Source of the DNA: Eledone cirrhosa
Lineage: Eukaryota
Length of the DNA stretch: 64,000 nucleotides
Direction: 5' to 3'
Assembly (NCBI GenBank): GCA_964016885.1
Contig: OZ024741.1
Location: 254,634,001-254,698,000 of the forward strand
In this document: positions 60,172 through 64,000 of the stretch, one piece after another
Numbering within the stretch: position 1 is the first letter of the stretch
How the letters are laid out: each line of letters opens with the position of its first letter
Program-made: the position numbers and the translations under genes
The notes under the pieces: model-generated
The model's database searches: none
The model's input: only the letters and a program-made list of their open reading frames with translations
Told to the model about the DNA's origin: nothing

Positions 60172-61046
60172 TATATCTTTGATATATTGTTTTTGTTTAT
60201 GCCACGAAACTACGTAGTCGAGGAATTTAGGAACAGTTTAGGTATGATACATTTTATTACTAATTATATCTAAATGTTTCTTCTCTCTTCATAATGTATT
60301 TTTAACTCTGATACTGGTTCAGTCTGGTTCAAACTGAATTGGTCTGTCCCAGTCATTCATTGAGCAACATCGGTGAAGTTGGCACCCTTAACTCACAGTT
60401 GGGTGCGGATGCATTCATGTATATATGTGTGTGTCCGCATGTATCTGTGTGTTTCTAAATATATTAATAACTCCCTCTGGTCGAGCAATCTTTGAAGTGT
60501 GTGGACAACTGGAAAGCTTCCATTACTCATACTTCTCGCCTTCTTCACTACCTCTTCTACGGCCTCGATATGAATACCCCCTCCGCCTCCGTGGTATTTT
60601 CTTCGTGGTTATAGGAGGCTTAGCTCTGTTTCTCGACCGTTATATCGCGTGACTATCTCCCCCTCCGCCTTTTGGGATTCTTTCTCACGTCGTGTAGACG
60701 CGTTCTTGAGACTAGTAAAATGAGGTATCCTCTTGATAAGTCGGCAGACCTCGCAAGGACTCTATATCTTTGATATATTGTTTTTGTTTATGCCACGAAA
60801 CTACGTAGTCGAGGAATTTAGGAACAGTTTAGGTATGATACATTTTATTACTAATTATATCTAAATGTTTCTTCTCTCTTCATAATGTATTTTTAACTCT
60901 GATACTGGTTCAGTCTGGTTCAAACTGAATTGGTCTGTCCCAGTCATTCATTGAGCAACATCGGTGAAGTTGGCACCCTTAACTCACAGTTGGGTGCGGA
61001 TGCATTCATGTATATATGTGTGTGTCCGCATGTATCTGTGTGTTTC

Positions 61047-61055
<9 letters not shown>
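60172..61055 (+). mobile_element. Second non-coding retrozyme-like element: ~293-bp direct repeats 591 bp apart, inserted in (TA)n
   Basis: 60172-60464 appears identical to 60763-61055. A complete hammerhead spans the spacer/second-repeat junction; the first repeat has only its 3' half. Confidence 0.82.
60728..60815 (+). ncRNA. Type I hammerhead (family F) with U3-A8 variant core; predicted cleavage after GUC at 60810
   Basis: tcctc-TTGATAA-gtcggca...tgccac-GAAAC-tacgta-GTC-gagga: stem I tcctc/gagga, palindromic actacgtagt stem III. Confidence 0.78.
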
Positions 61056-61080
<25 letters not shown>

Positions 61081-61083
<3 letters not shown>

Positions 61084-61150
61084 TCATCCTCATCACCATC
61101 ATCATCATCATTTTACGTCCGCTTTTTCCTGCTTGCAAGGGCGGGACGGG
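61081..61150 (-). mobile_element. 3' tail fragment of the (GAT)n-tailed SINE family
   Basis: Reverse complement of ~60107-60168 (cccgtcccacccttgcaagcagggaaaaagcggatgtaaaatga). Confidence 0.75.
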
Positions 61151-61213
61151 TCCTCTTTAATACATCATCTCTCCATTCATCACAGTCCTTCGTCATATAT
61201 TCCTATATATATA

Positions 61214-61600
61214 TCATCATCATCATCATCATCAACGTTTAACGTCCGTGTTCCACGCTTGCATGGGTTTGGACGGGGGTAGTCCCACTTGAGGCAAGAG
61301 TGATTGTCTTGCTCGCATAGGACTGTCTGGCAGGTTTTCTACAGTTGGATGCCCTTCCTAACACCAACCACATTTACAGTGTGGGTCTGGGAGGTTTTTA
61401 CCGTGTTGCCTACACGGCCACATTACAGCGTGGACTGTGTGTTTTTTTGTCGTGACACCTACACGATCTCATTTGTTTAAGGAGTTGATGGACCCAGCAT
61501 ATTTATCAATGCCGGGACCGGTTGTATCTCAGCGTACTCAATAGGTAATGCAGAAAACATTCCTGAGTATACACACAGTTATTCACTTCAATACAACACA
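61214..61600 (-). mobile_element. Related (GAT)n-tailed SINE copy
   Basis: (cat)n...ctacagttggatgcccttcctaacaccaacc matches 60056-60086 in reverse; the 5' boundary is approximate. Confidence 0.6.
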
Positions 61601-61712
61601 CATAAACGGGTGCCTATATTAGTTCCCGGACTCGAGTTTCGGCCACACTTAATGCAGCAGTAGTGTGCACTGCACCCTCTCTCTGCATATATTATGCAAC
61701 AATGCATAATCG

Positions 61713-61754
<42 letters not shown>

Positions 61755-61756
<2 letters not shown>

Positions 61757-61937
61757 TTCTACTTTTGGCACAAGGCCACCAATTATCCCAGTGTATTACT
61801 GGTACTTTATTTTATCGACCCCGTAAGGATGAAAGGAAAAGTTAACCTCGACAGGATTTGAACTCAGATCATAAAGGGCCGTAACTCTTTGCTGCAAAGC
61901 ATGGCGTCCGACCCTCTACCGATACTGCCAATCCACC

Positions 61938-61940
<3 letters not shown>
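61755..61940 (-). mobile_element. tRNA-headed SINE (same family as 48094-48270) inserted in (TA)n
   Basis: High similarity to 48094-48270 along its length; TA flanks. Confidence 0.8.
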
Positions 61941-62021
<81 letters not shown>

Positions 62022-62515
62022 GGGTATTCAATAGTCTTTATATAATTTGTTTTATGTTTAATTTTTGTCTGTCTGTCTGTCTAAGATGGTTTAATTCACA
62101 TCTATACATTTCTTGGAAATCGGTAAGACCTGAACCTCTGTCACAATTGAGGAATGTTTTGGCATAATTTAATAAAATTTAATTAATTAAATAAATAAAT
62201 GTAGAAAACAAATTAACAAAAATATATAGAGAACTGCATTCCTCTAATTAATAATTTCCTAATTACTTGTTTTTGTTAAATAGTTATGAAAAGTATCTGA
62301 TCATACATATATACATACATTTTATGTATGTATATATGTATGTATATACATATGTATGCATATATGTATATACATACATACATACGTATACACATGCATA
62401 CATATACACATGCATACATACACACATTTATACATACACACATTTATACATACATGCACACACACATACATACACCCACAAATACATGCATACACAAACT
62501 TGTACATATAGTCTT

Positions 62516-62583
<68 letters not shown>

Positions 62584-62586
<3 letters not shown>

Positions 62587-62740
62587 TTTGCAAGGTTTTT
62601 GATATGAAATCATGTGTCGAAACAAATATTGTTATATTTAGGGAGGGTCATATTGTTATAATAATATTGCCAGAAATAATAACAGCTCTGTAATTATTTC
62701 TGGCAATATTATTACAACAATATGACCCTCCCCAAATATC

Positions 62741-62747
<7 letters not shown>
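62584..62747. mobile_element. Minimal fold-back (~55-bp arms) of a Penelope 3' terminus plus a homologous tail
   Basis: 62626-62680 mirrors ~62693-62747. The arm matches 50476-50517 (ttctggcaatattattaca..aatatgaccctccc), and 62584-62625 resembles the reverse complement of the tail at 54412-54455. Confidence 0.8.
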
Positions 62748-62791
<44 letters not shown>

Positions 62792-63407
62792 TTATTTAAT
62801 GTATTGGTGCATGTATGATTTATGTATACTTACATATATACATACATACACACACACACACACATATATATATTATATGTATGGGTGTCTGTATGATTCA
62901 TGTACACACAGACACATACATACACACACACACATATACATACATACATGTGAATTATATATAGTCGTCTGTGTGTTTGTACTGACATTCACATATATGA
63001 GTATGTTATTTGCAAGTGCAGCAGTAGATGGTGTGTGTATATATGTATGTACATGTATGCATATGTGTGTGTGTGAGTATGTGTGTGTGTATTTCTATGC
63101 ATCTGTATTATATGTGTGAGTGTGTACTTTATTTTGTTCACATATTCCGAAAGCCGACCAGGTGACTGTTCTCCTTGGCAATACCGTCTGCTTTAGACTG
63201 TTTATTTACTTTCTCTTGTCGGAAAATGTCGGAAATTTGTTCAAATGTTTTGTCTTTAGTCTCCGGAAGGAACATGTAGGTGAAGATCCAGAACAACAGA
63301 AGCACAATGGTAAATGGTAAGAAGGAGAGATCTTTCAGTCCTTTCTGAAATTATAAAAGATGTGTAAATATGAAGTGGATCAGGAGCATTCAGCCTTTTT
63401 GTTGGGG

Positions 63408-64000
63408 TTACAAACCCCAAATATTACTAAGAGAGACTAAGAAAAAACCCTTAAATTTTATATTATATGATACAAACCCCAAATATTACTAAGACTAAGA
63501 AACAACCCTTTAAATTTGATATTATATGATACAAAACCCAAAATATTACTAAGACTAAGAAACAACCCTTAAATTTGATATTATATGGTACAAACCCCAA
63601 TATTACTAAGACTAAGAAACAACCCTTAAATTTGATATTATATGATACAAACCCAAATTTTACTAAGACTAAGAAACAACCCTTAAATTTGATATTATAT
63701 GGTACAAACCCCAATATTACTAAGACTAAGAAACAACCCTTAAATTTGATACTATATGATACAAACCCCAAATAATACTAAGACTAAGAAACAACCCTTA
63801 TATTTGATATTATATGGTACAAACCCCAAATATTACTGAGAGTGACTTATAAAGAGCCCTTAAACTTGATATTATACAATACAAACCCTTAATATTACTG
63901 GGAGAGTTAAAATGACCCCTTAAATTTGATATGTCATTATACAACCATTTCATATTACTGGGGTGAGGCTATAAAGACCCCTTAAACTTGATATTATACA
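63408..64000. repeat. AT-rich ~59-61 bp tandem repeat, degenerating rightwards and continuing past the window edge
   Basis: Unit tacaaaccccaaatattactaagactaagaaacaacccttaaatttgatattatatga, about 10 copies. Confidence 0.93.

Noticed and set aside
62267-63119. YI/CV/HT-rich ORFs (also at 47228, 47930, 50506, 53755, 59218)
   Set aside because: Translations of TA, CA and TG microsatellites.

Overview
Eukaryotic, repeat-dominated, gene-free window. It is probably cephalopod/Octopus-like, inferred only from the SINE types and the dense TA/CA microsatellites. Bases 1-42718 are one 33-42 bp (AAC)-containing satellite with nested higher-order duplications of 1.2 to 15.3 kb; the giant Thr- or Asn-rich ORFs there are best explained as artefacts of triplet-length units. 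Bases 42.7-64 kb are a patchwork of insertions into (TA)n tracts: three decayed Penelope-like retroelements (RT and/or C-terminal GIY-YIG), fold-back mini-copies of their ends, tRNA-headed SINEs, an RTE 3' fragment and two small satellites. The main finding is not visible in the ORF track. About a dozen minimal type I hammerhead ribozyme motifs from at least six dissimilar sequence families can be folded by eye within about 18 kb. They include two non-coding retrozyme-like elements with direct repeats 484 and 591 nt apart (predicted self-processed, possibly circular RNAs), one of which has a compensatory U3-A8 core variant. All folds are manual and no activity is demonstrated.
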